IMG/VR virus record: IMGVR_UViG_3300025812_000003 | Reading direction: 5' to 3' (one strand) | Length of the DNA: 64,000 nucleotides | DNA from: a virus | Shown here: positions 45,091-55,606 of the stretch, in pieces | Layout of the letters: each line of letters begins with the position of its first letter | How positions within the stretch are numbered: position 1 is the stretch's first letter | Made by a program: the position numbers and the translations under genes | Notes under the pieces: model-generated | Seen by the model: the letters and a program-made list of their open reading frames with translations, nothing else | Told to the model about the DNA's origin: nothing | Databases searched by the model: none

Positions 45091-45465
45091 ATGAATCATC
45101 CCTCGTCCAGGGCGGAGCGCCGCGCCGTCCGCCTCGGATGGATCGCCCGCCGCCGCTTCGTCGCCGAACACATCTGGAGAAATTTCGACCCCCCGCCGTA
45201 CGAACACAACAGGCATTACTACGTCGGCAGGGTCCCCCCCGCTTGGTACCGTCCCTGGAGGCCGTTCCAGTGGGGACGGTGGTCCAAGTTCAACATGAAC
45301 TGCGGCTGCAGGCTCTGCCACCTCGGCAAGTATTTCAAGGAAAAAAGGAAGAGACGCCGGGCCCTGGCCGAGGAGGCCGCCCTGAACCTGGAATCGTGGG
45401 GAATCGACGTCGGGATCAGATTGGCCAGTCCACGCTCGGGACGGCGATCCTGGCCGGTGGCCTGA
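45091..45465 (+). CDS. basic hypothetical protein
   Basis: R-rich, CGCRLC. Confidence 0.5.
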   Translation: MNHPSSRAERRAVRLGWIARRRFVAEHIWRNFDPPPYEHNRHYYVGRVPPAWYRPWRPFQWGRWSKFNMNCGCRLCHLGKYFKEKRKRRRALAEEAALNLESWGIDVGIRLASPRSGRRSWPVA

Positions 45466-45712
45466 ACTCCGTGGGAACGGGGGGCCTCGCCCTTTCGCTG
45501 CACCCGCAAGGCTCCGCTATGACGGGACGCACCTGCCCGTCCCTGCATTTCCAGGAGGTCACGTCCTTGGCGGGATCGTAGACGGCCTGGTGCTCGCATT
45601 GGTAGCACCCGCCGCAGCGGGAGCACCTGTAGGACCTCCAGCCGCAGCCGTGCCCGGAGGGCCCGCCGGAGACGCACCGCAGGTCATGCACCGGGCAGTT
45701 CGACTGGGGCAT
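45416..45712 (-). CDS. Cys/His-rich zinc-binding protein
   Basis: CPVH, CSRCGGCYQCEH. Confidence 0.5.
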   Translation of the reverse strand: MPQSNCPVHDLRCVSGGPSGHGCGWRSYRCSRCGGCYQCEHQAVYDPAKDVTSWKCRDGQVRPVIAEPCGCSERARPPVPTEFRPPARIAVPSVDWPI

Positions 45713-46007
45713 CCCCCACCTTCCCCGGCTTCTTGAGCTTCATGTACTTGTCCACCAGCCTGCCGAAGGCGGACCCCCATTGGCTGCCATGGAAGTGCTG
45801 CCCCTTGCCGAGCGTTTCCGGGAACGGGTAGAGGGCGTGCGCGACCTCGTGCAGGAATCCGACGTGCCCCGTGCTCGGATACACCATGATTCTCTTGCTG
45901 CCCATCCAGCAGTAGGGCTCCCCGTAGACGATGGTCCAGTCGCCCAAGCCCTCGGCCTCCAGGACGGACCTCCTCCACCTCTCGACCTTCTTCGCGGCTT
46001 CCGCCAT
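45684..46007 (-). CDS. SprT-like HExxH metallopeptidase
   Basis: FLHEVAHAL...HFHG..W. Confidence 0.6.
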   Translation of the reverse strand: MAEAAKKVERWRRSVLEAEGLGDWTIVYGEPYCWMGSKRIMVYPSTGHVGFLHEVAHALYPFPETLGKGQHFHGSQWGSAFGRLVDKYMKLKKPGKVGDAPVELPGA

Positions 46008-46034
46008 TTTTTTCCCCCGACAGTAATAGATACC

Positions 46035-46853
46035 GTGAACAGGATTTTCCTCGACATGGACGGCGTGGTCGTGGACTTCGACGGCTACAAAAAGCGGCTC
46101 GGCCTCGGTGACGACGAGATCAAAGGGATGGACGGCGCATACCTCCAGATGGAGGCCATGCCGGGTGCCATCGAGGGGATCGGGAAGCTGATCGGGGCGG
46201 GGTACGAGGTGTGGCTGGCCACCAAGCCCCCCACCGGCGTGGCGCATGCCTATTCCGACAAGGCGGAGTGGGTGTTCCGCAACCTCCCGGGGCTGAAGCG
46301 CCGCCTGATAATCACCCACGACAAAGGGCTCCTCGGGGACGAGGGGGACTTCCTGGTGGACGACCAACCCGAAAAGGCCAACAGCAGGGAGTTCCGGGGG
46401 AGCCTCCTGGAGTTCGGCAAGGACGGCCTCGGCTGGCCGGAGATCGTCAGGTACTTCGGGGGAGGCAAGACAAGACGGGTGGATGTGCGGAGGTCCGACA
46501 CCGGGAAGGCGGTGCCGATGCACGTGCGCCCGGATCGGCTGGACGCGTTCGTCGAGCTGACGGGCAGGCGATCCATGATCGGCTGGCTGGCGGACAGGCA
46601 CACCCCCATGGTCGTATGGCCGGGGCAGCCCAAGACGACGACCGACTGGGGGGAGGGAATCACGGGGGCGGCGGCAATCGGGATCAGCACCATCTTCGCG
46701 GACGTCCCCTCCAAGTTCCCGGTCGTGGACATCCTCCGGTTCCTGCAATTCCGGGGGGGCATGAAGACAAGCCTGGAGAATACGGAACGCCTGCTGGAGG
46801 AAATGGGCCGGACCTATCCCTGCATCGACTGCGAGGGGAACGATGCGCCGTAG
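46035..46853 (+). CDS. HAD-family 5'(3')-deoxyribonucleotidase with C-terminal extension
   Basis: IFLDMDGVVVDF, ATKPP, DK.EWV, FLVDD. Confidence 0.85.
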   Translation: MNRIFLDMDGVVVDFDGYKKRLGLGDDEIKGMDGAYLQMEAMPGAIEGIGKLIGAGYEVWLATKPPTGVAHAYSDKAEWVFRNLPGLKRRLIITHDKGLLGDEGDFLVDDQPEKANSREFRGSLLEFGKDGLGWPEIVRYFGGGKTRRVDVRRSDTGKAVPMHVRPDRLDAFVELTGRRSMIGWLADRHTPMVVWPGQPKTTTDWGEGITGAAAIGISTIFADVPSKFPVVDILRFLQFRGGMKTSLENTERLLEEMGRTYPCIDCEGNDAP

Positions 46854-46940
46854 AACAGGAGAAGCACCATGACGATCAACGAAGCGATACTCCTCGGAGT
46901 CAAGGAAGCAAGGGGCAAAACCTAGCAAACGGAGAACCAG

Positions 46941-48644
46941 ATGGACATCTCAATTCAGAAGCTCCTGGGGATAGCGGACGACGCCAAGCGCATGTACAGG
47001 TTCGCCGAGGGCGAGGTCGAGAGGGAGGAGTTCGAGTACTGCCAGCTCATCGACCAGCTCGTGTTCGGGGACAAGGGATACGTGGAAACCCTCGGCCAGA
47101 CATGGGAGATGATACACGACCCGCGCTTCCTGAAGATCGAGGGTGCCTTCATAGTCAATAGGAAGGCCGTGTTCGGGGGGGACGCCAAGCTGGGCAAGCA
47201 GTACATGTCGTCGGACGGCATGTTCGTCTCGACCATAGCGGACCTGGAGGAATACAGCGAGGTCCTGGGCGAGGGACGGTACTTCTGGCTGGTCCTGTCG
47301 CATCCCGGGGAGGACTGCCCCGTCCGCCTGTGGCACGAGCGAATCTATCCCGGGGTGCTGGCCGCCAGGAAAAAGGAGGCACCGCCGGCCGGCGGCCTCG
47401 CATGCACATGCCTGGAGGCCGTGGAGATGGGGCTGGAGGGCGGCTGCAAGTGCGGGCCGGAGGACCTCAAGGACGCCCCGGACGAGGCCCTCTGGGCGCT
47501 GATCAAGCAGGAATGCCCCAACTACTTCGACCAGGCGGGAAAGCCCAACGGCATGGCCAAGCGGCTGCTCGGCCTGTTCCGGGCGGACCTGGTGGGGCTC
47601 ATCGCCGACTACTCCCCGACGCCCCTGGTGGACGTCTACGTCGAGCTCGACACGGGGGACGTGGTCCACGACAACGAGTATTCCCGCGACCCCATGGAAC
47701 GGCCCCCGCTGGTCTTCCTGGAGGTCGACATTTTGGAGAAGGCCCTGACCTACCGGGCGACGATGCGGGCGACGGCGGCCAAGATCCTCCGCAGCCTCGG
47801 CATCCAGTCCCAGCTCAAGGCGCTGGGCGGGGGGGACCCGCGGCTTACGGACGAGGAGCGGGACAACCTACTCCGCATGGTCTACCAGTCCGATTGGCCG
47901 GACGACAAGCCGGGCCTGATAACGAAGCTCATTTCCTACATCTCCGCCCTTACCCGCATCCCCTTCGAGGCCAGGGAGAAAGAGCAGTTGTCCAGCGCAT
48001 CCGAATGGGCCCTCAGATACTGCAACGCCCTCCAGACGGGAGAAGAGCAGCCCATCAACTCCTATACCGAGCCGCAGGTGGAGGTCCAGGCCGACCCCCA
48101 TGCCGCCGTCATGGAGGCGATACTCCACAACCCGCTCAAGCAGGAGCTCTTCATCATATGGGCGAACGCCGAGCGCCTGGGGCAGGAGAGCAAGGTAGAG
48201 AGGGTACGGCTTGACATGCGCCAGCTCTACTCCATCCTTACCCCCGTGTTCACGGACCCGGCCTTCGTCGTAGACGACGAGAAGTTCTGGGAGTACATGA
48301 ACCAAGCGAAAAGGCTGGGATACTACGACCCGGGGACGGTCTCCGCATCCATGGAGGGGGACCTGGTGCCAGACGAGGATGCGTTCCTCGCCAACCGACG
48401 CCTCAGAGAGGCCCGCGGGGAGAAGAGGACGCCCGTCCCCTCCGAGGAAGGCCCCTCCGGGCAGCCGGAGGGAGGACGGACCTTCGAGCGCCTCGACAAG
48501 ATAGACGCCATCATCAAGGAGGCCGAGGGCCCACCTGCGGATTCCGCCCCGGCACTACAGAACGTACAAGAAACGGGGAATGCGCCACAGACCCCCATGG
48601 AAAAACACGATCCGGGCTTCGGCCCGAATTCCGACGACAAGTGA
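46941..48644 (+). CDS. large hypothetical protein
   Basis: 567-aa ORF. Confidence 0.7.
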   Translation: MDISIQKLLGIADDAKRMYRFAEGEVEREEFEYCQLIDQLVFGDKGYVETLGQTWEMIHDPRFLKIEGAFIVNRKAVFGGDAKLGKQYMSSDGMFVSTIADLEEYSEVLGEGRYFWLVLSHPGEDCPVRLWHERIYPGVLAARKKEAPPAGGLACTCLEAVEMGLEGGCKCGPEDLKDAPDEALWALIKQECPNYFDQAGKPNGMAKRLLGLFRADLVGLIADYSPTPLVDVYVELDTGDVVHDNEYSRDPMERPPLVFLEVDILEKALTYRATMRATAAKILRSLGIQSQLKALGGGDPRLTDEERDNLLRMVYQSDWPDDKPGLITKLISYISALTRIPFEAREKEQLSSASEWALRYCNALQTGEEQPINSYTEPQVEVQADPHAAVMEAILHNPLKQELFIIWANAERLGQESKVERVRLDMRQLYSILTPVFTDPAFVVDDEKFWEYMNQAKRLGYYDPGTVSASMEGDLVPDEDAFLANRRLREARGEKRTPVPSEEGPSGQPEGGRTFERLDKIDAIIKEAEGPPADSAPALQNVQETGNAPQTPMEKHDPGFGPNSDDK

Positions 48645-48656
48645 GGAGGCATCGCA

Positions 48657-48917
48657 ATGGCCATAACGACGTATGAGCACCACGGGACGAAGGTCTTCGT
48701 GGACGAGAAGCTGAAGGGCACCCACAGGGAGCACTGCCTGTGCTGGAAATGCAAGAGCTTCAAGCCTGGCACGCCGGAGAACTGCCCCAAGGCGCAGAGG
48801 CTGTACCAGCTCTGCGTCGAGGAGGACATGACGACGCCAGTCTTCGAGTGCCCCGTGTTCGTTCCCATTCCCAATCCCCCAAACCCTCTCCCAGGCATTG
48901 AGCCCGCCAGCGCCTGA
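48657..48917 (+). CDS. small Cys-rich phage protein
   Basis: LKGTHREHCLCWKC...NCP.A. Confidence 0.6.
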   Translation: MAITTYEHHGTKVFVDEKLKGTHREHCLCWKCKSFKPGTPENCPKAQRLYQLCVEEDMTTPVFECPVFVPIPNPPNPLPGIEPASA

Positions 48918-49035
48918 TCCCTTAGGCATTTGGCAAGGCCATGAGGTCGATGCTCGGCATGTCGGACAAGGGGTTTGCGAGAATCCCTCCCATCCTTGTG
49001 TCCTCCGATGTATAATACAGGTGGGGAGGTCACCC

Positions 49036-49275
49036 ATGAAAGACAAAGGGACGTGTCCACACTGCCAGGAAGAGTTCGAGACGGAAGAGTACGGGTACGG
49101 ACTCAGGTGCCCGCATTGCGATGGAAAAATTGACGTATTGCCCAAGGCGGATCACTGGGTGCATACTCCATGGGGAGTTTTTGGATTCTCGGGAGAATGG
49201 GAAGGCATCGCTTGGCTGGCCCTCAAGCTTGCCGGACTTTGGACGAAAAAGAAAAGCAACACACAAGGATGCTGA
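49036..49275 (+). CDS. zinc-ribbon protein
   Basis: CPHC x2; own promoter TGTATAAT ~49008-49015. Confidence 0.55.
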   Translation: MKDKGTCPHCQEEFETEEYGYGLRCPHCDGKIDVLPKADHWVHTPWGVFGFSGEWEGIAWLALKLAGLWTKKKSNTQGC

Positions 49276-49352
49276 CGGCCACAAAACGGCCAGCAGAATC
49301 CCCGAGAAAATTCCCGGCCTCCGTGTATACTTAAGGCGGAGGACAAAACCAA

Positions 49353-51848
49353 ATGGTATACGGGACGGCAAAGGCCACCAAGACCGAGACCAGCGGGGAG
49401 ATGGGCGCACCGCAGCAGTTCAGCATACAGAACAGCAGGATAGCCTTCGAAACGCTTTCTTCCCGCCTGTACAGCGACCCCATAAGGGCGGTCATCCGCG
49501 AGCTTAGCTGCAACGCCTACGATGCCCACGTCGTGTCGGGAAAGAAGGACATGCCCTTCGTCGTAAGCCTGCCGACCAGCTTCGACCCCTCGTTCAGGAT
49601 CAGGGACTTCGGCCCGGGGATGGACCACGAGCAGGTCATGAGCCTGTACTGCACCTACTTCGCATCGGACAAGACGAAGAGGAACGACGCCATCGGGGCG
49701 TTCGGGCTCGGCTCCAAGTCCCCGTTCGCCTACTTCCTGAGGAACGGGAAGGGGGGCGTGTTCTCCGTCACCAGCTACCAGGGGGGCAGGGCCCGCACCT
49801 ACACCGCCTTCATCGACGACGGGTTCCCGAAGGTGGAGAAGCAGTTCGAGGCCGACACCCAGGAGCCGGACGGCCTCGAAGTGACGTTTCCCGCCGAGCA
49901 GAAGGACGTCTGGGAGTTCGAGAACAAGTCCCGGGTGGTCTTCGAGTTCTTCGACCCCCTGCCGAAGCTCAACAAGGAACTGGGGATAACTGGCCCCGCA
50001 TATTCCCTCAAGACGCCCCGGTGGGGCCTGAGGGAGGTCGCCGTCACGGCCCAGGGCAGCAAGGTCCGGGCGGTGATGGGCGGGGTGGCATACGCCGTGG
50101 GAGAGATCGACGTAAGCCGGATGAACCAGACGCAGCAGAGGATATTCGGCCTCCCCCTCGACATATTCCTCGCCATCGGCGACGTCAACCCCGCCGTAAG
50201 CCGCGAGTCCCTCCAGCTCGACGAGGGCACGATAGCGGCGATCCTCAAGGCATTGGACGAGGCCCACTCCGGGCTCATCGAGCAGGTGAAGAAGAAGATA
50301 GACGAGGCCAGGAGCCCGTGGGAGGGCCGGTTGGTGGTGTGGAACCTCCTCCGGAACGAGGCCATAGGCAAGATCGTCAACGAGGAGTACGACACGGGGC
50401 TGCTGGCCGGGTCCTACTCCAACTTCAACCTGGACAACGGGGCGCGCCCCGTGGTCAGCGAGCTGGACTACTCCAGCATCCAGGTCTGGCATTTCGAGAG
50501 AACGTGGCGCAAGGGCAAGAAAGCGGAGAAGAAAGCGATGTTCGAGTCCACCTCCGAGGAACAACGGGCCATCCGGGCATCGGTCAAGGCCGGGGCGAGC
50601 AGTGCGAAGGACTACGACCTGGAGTTCGAGGCGGGCCCCGACGTCGCCTTCGTCCTAAACGACATGAAGCCCGGAAGGGCTACAAGGTACGTGCATTTCT
50701 TCGTCCAGAACAAGGCCGGGGACAACGGCGAGAAAAGGGTCGTGTACCTTGTGTCCGGGATCGAGGGGGCCGAGGGAAAGGACGTCACAAAAGAGACGGC
50801 AGGCCTGCTTTCCGCCCTCGGATGCCCCCCGACCATCCTCGCCTCGTCCCTCAAGGAAAAATACGACCGGTTCTTCCCCAAATACCGGCCCGCACCCCTG
50901 GAGCGGGGACTGCTGACATTCAAGGAAGGCTCGTGGTACCCCTCCCACCGTCCCACCTGGAGGCGGGCATGGGCTGCCGCCGACGCCAGCGAGCTGGCGA
51001 ATCCCGGGATCAAGCTCTACGTCACGATAGAAGGAAGGAACCGGGAGGCCAAGACGGGGATCGACGACATCGAGAACGCCAAGGAATTCGTCTCGTTCCT
51101 CGCCCACCTGCGCCAGTCGAAGATGTTCGGGCTGAAGGACGGCAACCCCGTATACGGACTGAGGAAGAACGCAAAGCTGAGGAAGGATCCCAATTGGATG
51201 GAACTCAAGGGCCACGTGGAAACCGTCCTGAAGGGCCTCATGACCCCCGCGAGGGAGGCCGCGCTCAGCCTGAACGTCGTTCCCTTCAGGAGCGACTGGG
51301 AGAGCGCCCTGGACCACATAGCAAAGCACCTTCCCCTGGGGCCGGGAAGCCAGCTTCAGGAGTTTGCCGTTTCCCTTGCGGCCGCCAGGAAGGAAGCCAA
51401 GGCGTCGAACGCCCACCTTGCCCCCATCCTTGAGACGATGGGGTACAAGGCCGCCCATGTCGTAGACTTCAACGAGCTGTGGAAGAAGGTGGGGGGAGCC
51501 TACCCCGTGCTCAAAGCGTTCGAGAAAAGGGGGTACGGCTCCTGCACCGCCGATGACATAAAAATCCTGGTGGAGTATGCAAGGATGACCGAACAGGATG
51601 CCCAAAAGCAGAAGGGGCCCGCCAAGGAAGACCTGCACCGGGCCCGCAAGGCCAAGGCGCAGCGGGAGTACTATGCAAGGAGGAAAAAGGCGGCGCTGGC
51701 GGCAAAGGAAACGTTCGCCGGATACGAGGTAGCCGGGGTGGACATGGCCTCCGGCAAAGACTGCATGGCGCTTGCGCTCGTGGAGTTCCCGCCCGCAGGC
51801 AGCGGCGAGGACCCAAAGATCACGGAGGAAACGGCGGTGAGGGCATGA
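49353..51848 (+). CDS. rIIA: rIIA-like protein (GHKL/HSP90-type ATPase domain)
   Basis: LYSDPIRAVIRELSCNAYDAH, IRDFGPGM, IGAFGLGSKSPFAY; upstream of rIIB-like gene. Confidence 0.85.
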   Translation: MVYGTAKATKTETSGEMGAPQQFSIQNSRIAFETLSSRLYSDPIRAVIRELSCNAYDAHVVSGKKDMPFVVSLPTSFDPSFRIRDFGPGMDHEQVMSLYCTYFASDKTKRNDAIGAFGLGSKSPFAYFLRNGKGGVFSVTSYQGGRARTYTAFIDDGFPKVEKQFEADTQEPDGLEVTFPAEQKDVWEFENKSRVVFEFFDPLPKLNKELGITGPAYSLKTPRWGLREVAVTAQGSKVRAVMGGVAYAVGEIDVSRMNQTQQRIFGLPLDIFLAIGDVNPAVSRESLQLDEGTIAAILKALDEAHSGLIEQVKKKIDEARSPWEGRLVVWNLLRNEAIGKIVNEEYDTGLLAGSYSNFNLDNGARPVVSELDYSSIQVWHFERTWRKGKKAEKKAMFESTSEEQRAIRASVKAGASSAKDYDLEFEAGPDVAFVLNDMKPGRATRYVHFFVQNKAGDNGEKRVVYLVSGIEGAEGKDVTKETAGLLSALGCPPTILASSLKEKYDRFFPKYRPAPLERGLLTFKEGSWYPSHRPTWRRAWAAADASELANPGIKLYVTIEGRNREAKTGIDDIENAKEFVSFLAHLRQSKMFGLKDGNPVYGLRKNAKLRKDPNWMELKGHVETVLKGLMTPAREAALSLNVVPFRSDWESALDHIAKHLPLGPGSQLQEFAVSLAAARKEAKASNAHLAPILETMGYKAAHVVDFNELWKKVGGAYPVLKAFEKRGYGSCTADDIKILVEYARMTEQDAQKQKGPAKEDLHRARKAKAQREYYARRKKAALAAKETFAGYEVAGVDMASGKDCMALALVEFPPAGSGEDPKITEETAVRA

Positions 51849-52270
51849 GGGGAAAGCCACCGGAGAACCTAGTAAGGATTGCGGAAAAGGGATATCGCCC
51901 GGCATTCGTTGCGGGAGGGGAGCGCTGCCTGGAAGCGTCTGGGGCGTACTACGCCATGCTGGAGGCGGCGTTCCCGAAGCTTGCCCTGGGATACCTGGAC
52001 CTCAGCTTCAAGCAGAGGGACAAGGTCCGCGAGATGCCGCATATCGGAGTCTTCTATCCGCACGGCATCTACCCCGCCATCCTGCAGATGACGCCGAAGC
52101 AGCAGGCCGCGGCGAACGAACTGTGGCGGAAAGTCCAGGAGGCCCTGGAGGCCGCATACGATGCCGGGCTGAAAAGGGGGAAGAGCCTCCTGATCCAGTT
52201 GGCGGACGGGGGCCTGACCGTCAAGGACTTCGATTCGGCCAGGGAAGAAAGGCCGAAGGAAGAAGAATAA
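51845..52270 (+). CDS. hypothetical protein
   Basis: ATGA overlap. Confidence 0.6.
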   Translation: MRGKPPENLVRIAEKGYRPAFVAGGERCLEASGAYYAMLEAAFPKLALGYLDLSFKQRDKVREMPHIGVFYPHGIYPAILQMTPKQQAAANELWRKVQEALEAAYDAGLKRGKSLLIQLADGGLTVKDFDSAREERPKEEE

Positions 52271-52326
52271 CCGAAAAATCTCCCATCGGCAATGTATAAT
52301 ACAAGGGAGACCAAAAGGAGAGTGCC

Positions 52327-53532
52327 ATGAGTCAAGCCATACCGTATGTCATGCACGACAATTACATTTCCGTGATCGTCGACGGGAAGCCCTACCAGCT
52401 CCTGGAGAGCCATCCGACCTTCAAGGCGATGGGCAAGGCGATCAGGAAGAAGCAATGGGACAAGGTCCCGAACCTCGTCACGGTGGCGCAGGCCATCAGC
52501 AACCGCTCCCACGGGAACGTGGAAGTCAAGGGCGGCGAGGTGTTCTACAAGGGATCGAGGGTGGATTCCTCGCTGACGCAGAAGATGGTCGCGCTGATCG
52601 AGCATAGCAAGCCGGTCGCCCACATGCTCAGGTTCATGGACAACCTGTTCAAGAACCCCGACCAGAAGACCATCCAGGAACTCTACGACTTCATGCACCT
52701 CCACCACCTTCCCATCACGGACGACGGGTGCTTCGTCGCCTACAAGCGCGTGAACCAGGACTACACGGACTGCTACACCGGCACCGTGGACAACCACGTC
52801 GGGCAGGTAGTGGCGATGCCCCGCAGGGAGGTAGACCGCAGCCCCAGCGTAGCCTGCTCCCAGGGGTACCATTGCTGCTCCCGTGCGTACCTCGGCGGGT
52901 TCCACAGCAAGGAGGGGCACCTGATGGTCATCAAGGTGAACCCCGCCGACGTCGTGTCGGTCCCCGACAGCAGGGAGGGAAAGGTCCGGGCGTGGCGCTA
53001 CGAGGTCATCCAGGAAATCCCCAACCAGGACTACCGCGAGCAGGACGCCAAGTACTTCCAGACCCCCCTCATACCGATAACCAGGGATCGCAGGGCGCTC
53101 ATCGCCAAGCTGCTCCTGCTGCCCTCCGTGAAGCGCCTGGTCGCCCGGACCGAGCGTGCCGCCAAGAAGGCGAAGCGCCGCAAGAAGTCGAGCGCGCATC
53201 CGCCCGTGCAGGTGGCGGGCCTGACCCGCAAGGCGCTGGGCAAGGCCGCCCTCGGCAGGCTCCAGCTCTGGTACGAGCGCTTCGCCAAGGCACAGCCGGT
53301 CCCCCCGCAGGACTCCCCGCTCTTCGGGAACCCGATGCTCCCGTTCCGCGTGGCGGCAAAGCTGAGCGTCGTGCAGGTGGCGGATGCGATGGGCGTGAAG
53401 GCCTCGGACGTATACCGGGCCGAGAAGGACAAGCAGCCCAGCCAAGCATTCGTCGACAACTACCTCGGGGCAATAAGGCGGATCAAAGGCGGAGCGGGGG
53501 TGACGCATCCTGCCCTTGCCGCAAAGGCATAA
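52327..53532 (+). CDS. rIIB: rIIB-like protein with C-terminal HTH
   Basis: PITDDGCFVAYKRV..DY.D..TG..DN.VG..V.MPR..VD...CSQGYH, KVNPADVVSVP. Confidence 0.85.
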   Translation: MSQAIPYVMHDNYISVIVDGKPYQLLESHPTFKAMGKAIRKKQWDKVPNLVTVAQAISNRSHGNVEVKGGEVFYKGSRVDSSLTQKMVALIEHSKPVAHMLRFMDNLFKNPDQKTIQELYDFMHLHHLPITDDGCFVAYKRVNQDYTDCYTGTVDNHVGQVVAMPRREVDRSPSVACSQGYHCCSRAYLGGFHSKEGHLMVIKVNPADVVSVPDSREGKVRAWRYEVIQEIPNQDYREQDAKYFQTPLIPITRDRRALIAKLLLLPSVKRLVARTERAAKKAKRRKKSSAHPPVQVAGLTRKALGKAALGRLQLWYERFAKAQPVPPQDSPLFGNPMLPFRVAAKLSVVQVADAMGVKASDVYRAEKDKQPSQAFVDNYLGAIRRIKGGAGVTHPALAAKA

Positions 53533-54015
53533 GCATGAGCAAGGCCGGAAATAGGACGATAAGCCGGTGGTCCATCATGAGGCTGATGCGGCTGTGGCCG
53601 AGGGCCTCGTGGATTTTTGGCCTGGACCCGAACGACCGGGCGGCACGGCTGGCATGGGGCAACGGAATCCTCGTGCCGAGGTTCCGGGAACGCCCGACAG
53701 AAAGCTGGACCGCCCTGACGATGCGCCAGGGAGCGATACTCCGAGGCATCCTGGGCAGGATATTGGCAAGGAGCGAAAAGGAACCGGCGGCGCAGCTAAG
53801 CCTGTTCTAGGAGGACAGCATGGACCAACCATTGAGCGGCAAAGATGCCCTTTTTCTGGCCAGGATGGTGCTGATCGCCGAGAAGGCCAAGGGCAGGATA
53901 CGGGAGATTCCCCTGGCCCTGGACTGGAAGGAGCTGGTCAGGCACGCGGAATTGCTGAGGGACCGGGGGGAGAGATGCGGTTGCTTCGAGGCTTCCGTCT
54001 GCCTGAAGTAGCCCC

Positions 54016-54573
54016 ATGGCAATGATACGCCTATTCAACCATACCCGGCACCAAGACGGCCCCATCAGGGCCGTCCTTTCCTTCGCGGCGAGGGCAATCG
54101 GCGTGAGGGAGGAAGTGTGCGTGAAGGTGACGCGCTCCCGGCATGCCTCCCCGGAGGCCTATGCCGACTTGGTATTCCCCTACAGGGGGTTCATGAAGGG
54201 CACGGGGGACCGGGAAGGGAGAAATGGCGACCTGCTCGGCAAGCTGCCGGGATACGCCGTCCTGTCCCTTCCGAACTTCCTCATCCTCCGCGAGGACTGG
54301 CTGGATACGGCCGAATGGTTCATGCACTGCGCCCTGCACGAGATGGCGCACATCCGGCAGTATCGGGAAGGAAGCTACGGAGGGCTCAGGCGGAAAGAGA
54401 TGGAGCCGTTCGGGAGGCGACGCAAAAGACATAGTGCCCGCCCCTGCGAAATCGACGCCGAAAACCAAGAGTACGACGTAATCCAGGACCGGAGGAAGAA
54501 CGCAAGGCGTCAGGACCTCGTGGTAGCCCTGGCCCTGGCGCTGGAATCTACGGAGAAAGGAAGTGGAAAATGA
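54016..54573 (+). CDS. putative HExxH metallopeptidase
   Basis: ALHEMAHIRQY...PCEIDA. Confidence 0.6.
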   Translation: MAMIRLFNHTRHQDGPIRAVLSFAARAIGVREEVCVKVTRSRHASPEAYADLVFPYRGFMKGTGDREGRNGDLLGKLPGYAVLSLPNFLILREDWLDTAEWFMHCALHEMAHIRQYREGSYGGLRRKEMEPFGRRRKRHSARPCEIDAENQEYDVIQDRRKNARRQDLVVALALALESTEKGSGK

Positions 54574-54789
54574 TCCATCTGCACTGTCACAGTTTCGACA
54601 AGGTCAGGAGCGTGCAGCTCGTGCCCCCCGCCATCGACTTCGACTCCTGGAACTTCAGGGGGTCCCCGGGCATGATGGAAAAGCTGGTAGAGGAATCGAA
54701 GACCAAGACCTCCGTGGTGAAGGAATGCAGCACATGCGGGGCGCTGAGGGAGTACTTGTTCCTTGGCGACCATGTAAAGGAGTTCTCCA

Positions 54790-55155
54790 ATGGCAAAAAA
54801 GAAGAAAAAGAAGGCTAGCGGCATCCCAAGCGAAAGGCTCAAGAAATGCATCAGCACCGGAAGCGTGGAGGCCCTCTTCCCGCTTCTCCGGGACTGGCCG
54901 AAGAAGGAGCTCAAGGCACTGCTCAAGGACGTGGAGACCTTCTACGACGGCTACATGAAGGTGGTGGACGGAAGGCTCAAGAAGATCGTCACGCGCCTCA
55001 AAGGCATATCGGAGCCCCAGCTCCGCCTGCTCCCCCCGGCGACGAAAGCGTTCAGGCGGGATGTGGCATTCAGGCTCCTGGCGCTGTGCTCGGAGATATC
55101 GTCCGTGGCGTTGTACTACCTCGCAAAGAAAGGGCAAGGACATGCCAAGGCGTAA
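54790..55155 (+). CDS. hypothetical protein
   Basis: AGGAG SD. Confidence 0.5.
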   Translation: MAKKKKKKASGIPSERLKKCISTGSVEALFPLLRDWPKKELKALLKDVETFYDGYMKVVDGRLKKIVTRLKGISEPQLRLLPPATKAFRRDVAFRLLALCSEISSVALYYLAKKGQGHAKA

Positions 55156-55606
55156 CGGGAAGGGACCGAAATCCTGGAAGGGCAAACGCATTTATTGCAT
55201 CGTCGCCAAACACGTCGTGACGCCCATGGGCTGGCACGTCGACCAACCGCCCGGGAGGCTCGCCGCCCAGGCGGCGCATGCCGTCAGCAAGGCCCGGCTG
55301 GCAATGGCAAGGAAGCAGGTAGACCGGCTGGGAAGCCTCGGCAGGCTGCACGACGACGAATGGTGGGACTCCGTGTCGATGCCCATCACCACGATAGTCC
55401 TGGGGGCCAGGGACATAAAGGAGCTCCTCCACGTGGAGGGGCTGCTCTATCAGGTCGGAATCCCCGTCTACCTATTCTACGACACCGACCAGCCGGACTA
55501 CGGGGGCGAGCATGTGTGCGTACTCACGGCCCTGGCGACGGAACCAGTAGATGAGGGCGAGGTCGCGGGAATCCTGGACTACTTGCCGCTGTGGAGCCCA
55601 GAATGA
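55142..55606 (+). CDS. peptidyl-tRNA hydrolase PTH2-like protein
   Basis: YCIV...GRLAAQAAHA...TIVL...D...TALA..P...LPLW. Confidence 0.7.
   Translation: MPRRNGKGPKSWKGKRIYCIVAKHVVTPMGWHVDQPPGRLAAQAAHAVSKARLAMARKQVDRLGSLGRLHDDEWWDSVSMPITTIVLGARDIKELLHVEGLLYQVGIPVYLFYDTDQPDYGGEHVCVLTALATEPVDEGEVAGILDYLPLWSPE

Noticed and set aside
2969-53508. Long minus-strand and alternative-frame ORFs in the track (e.g. 2969-4642, 21711-23066, 49152-50564, 52069-53508)
   Set aside because: Shadow ORFs of GC-rich genes with no motifs
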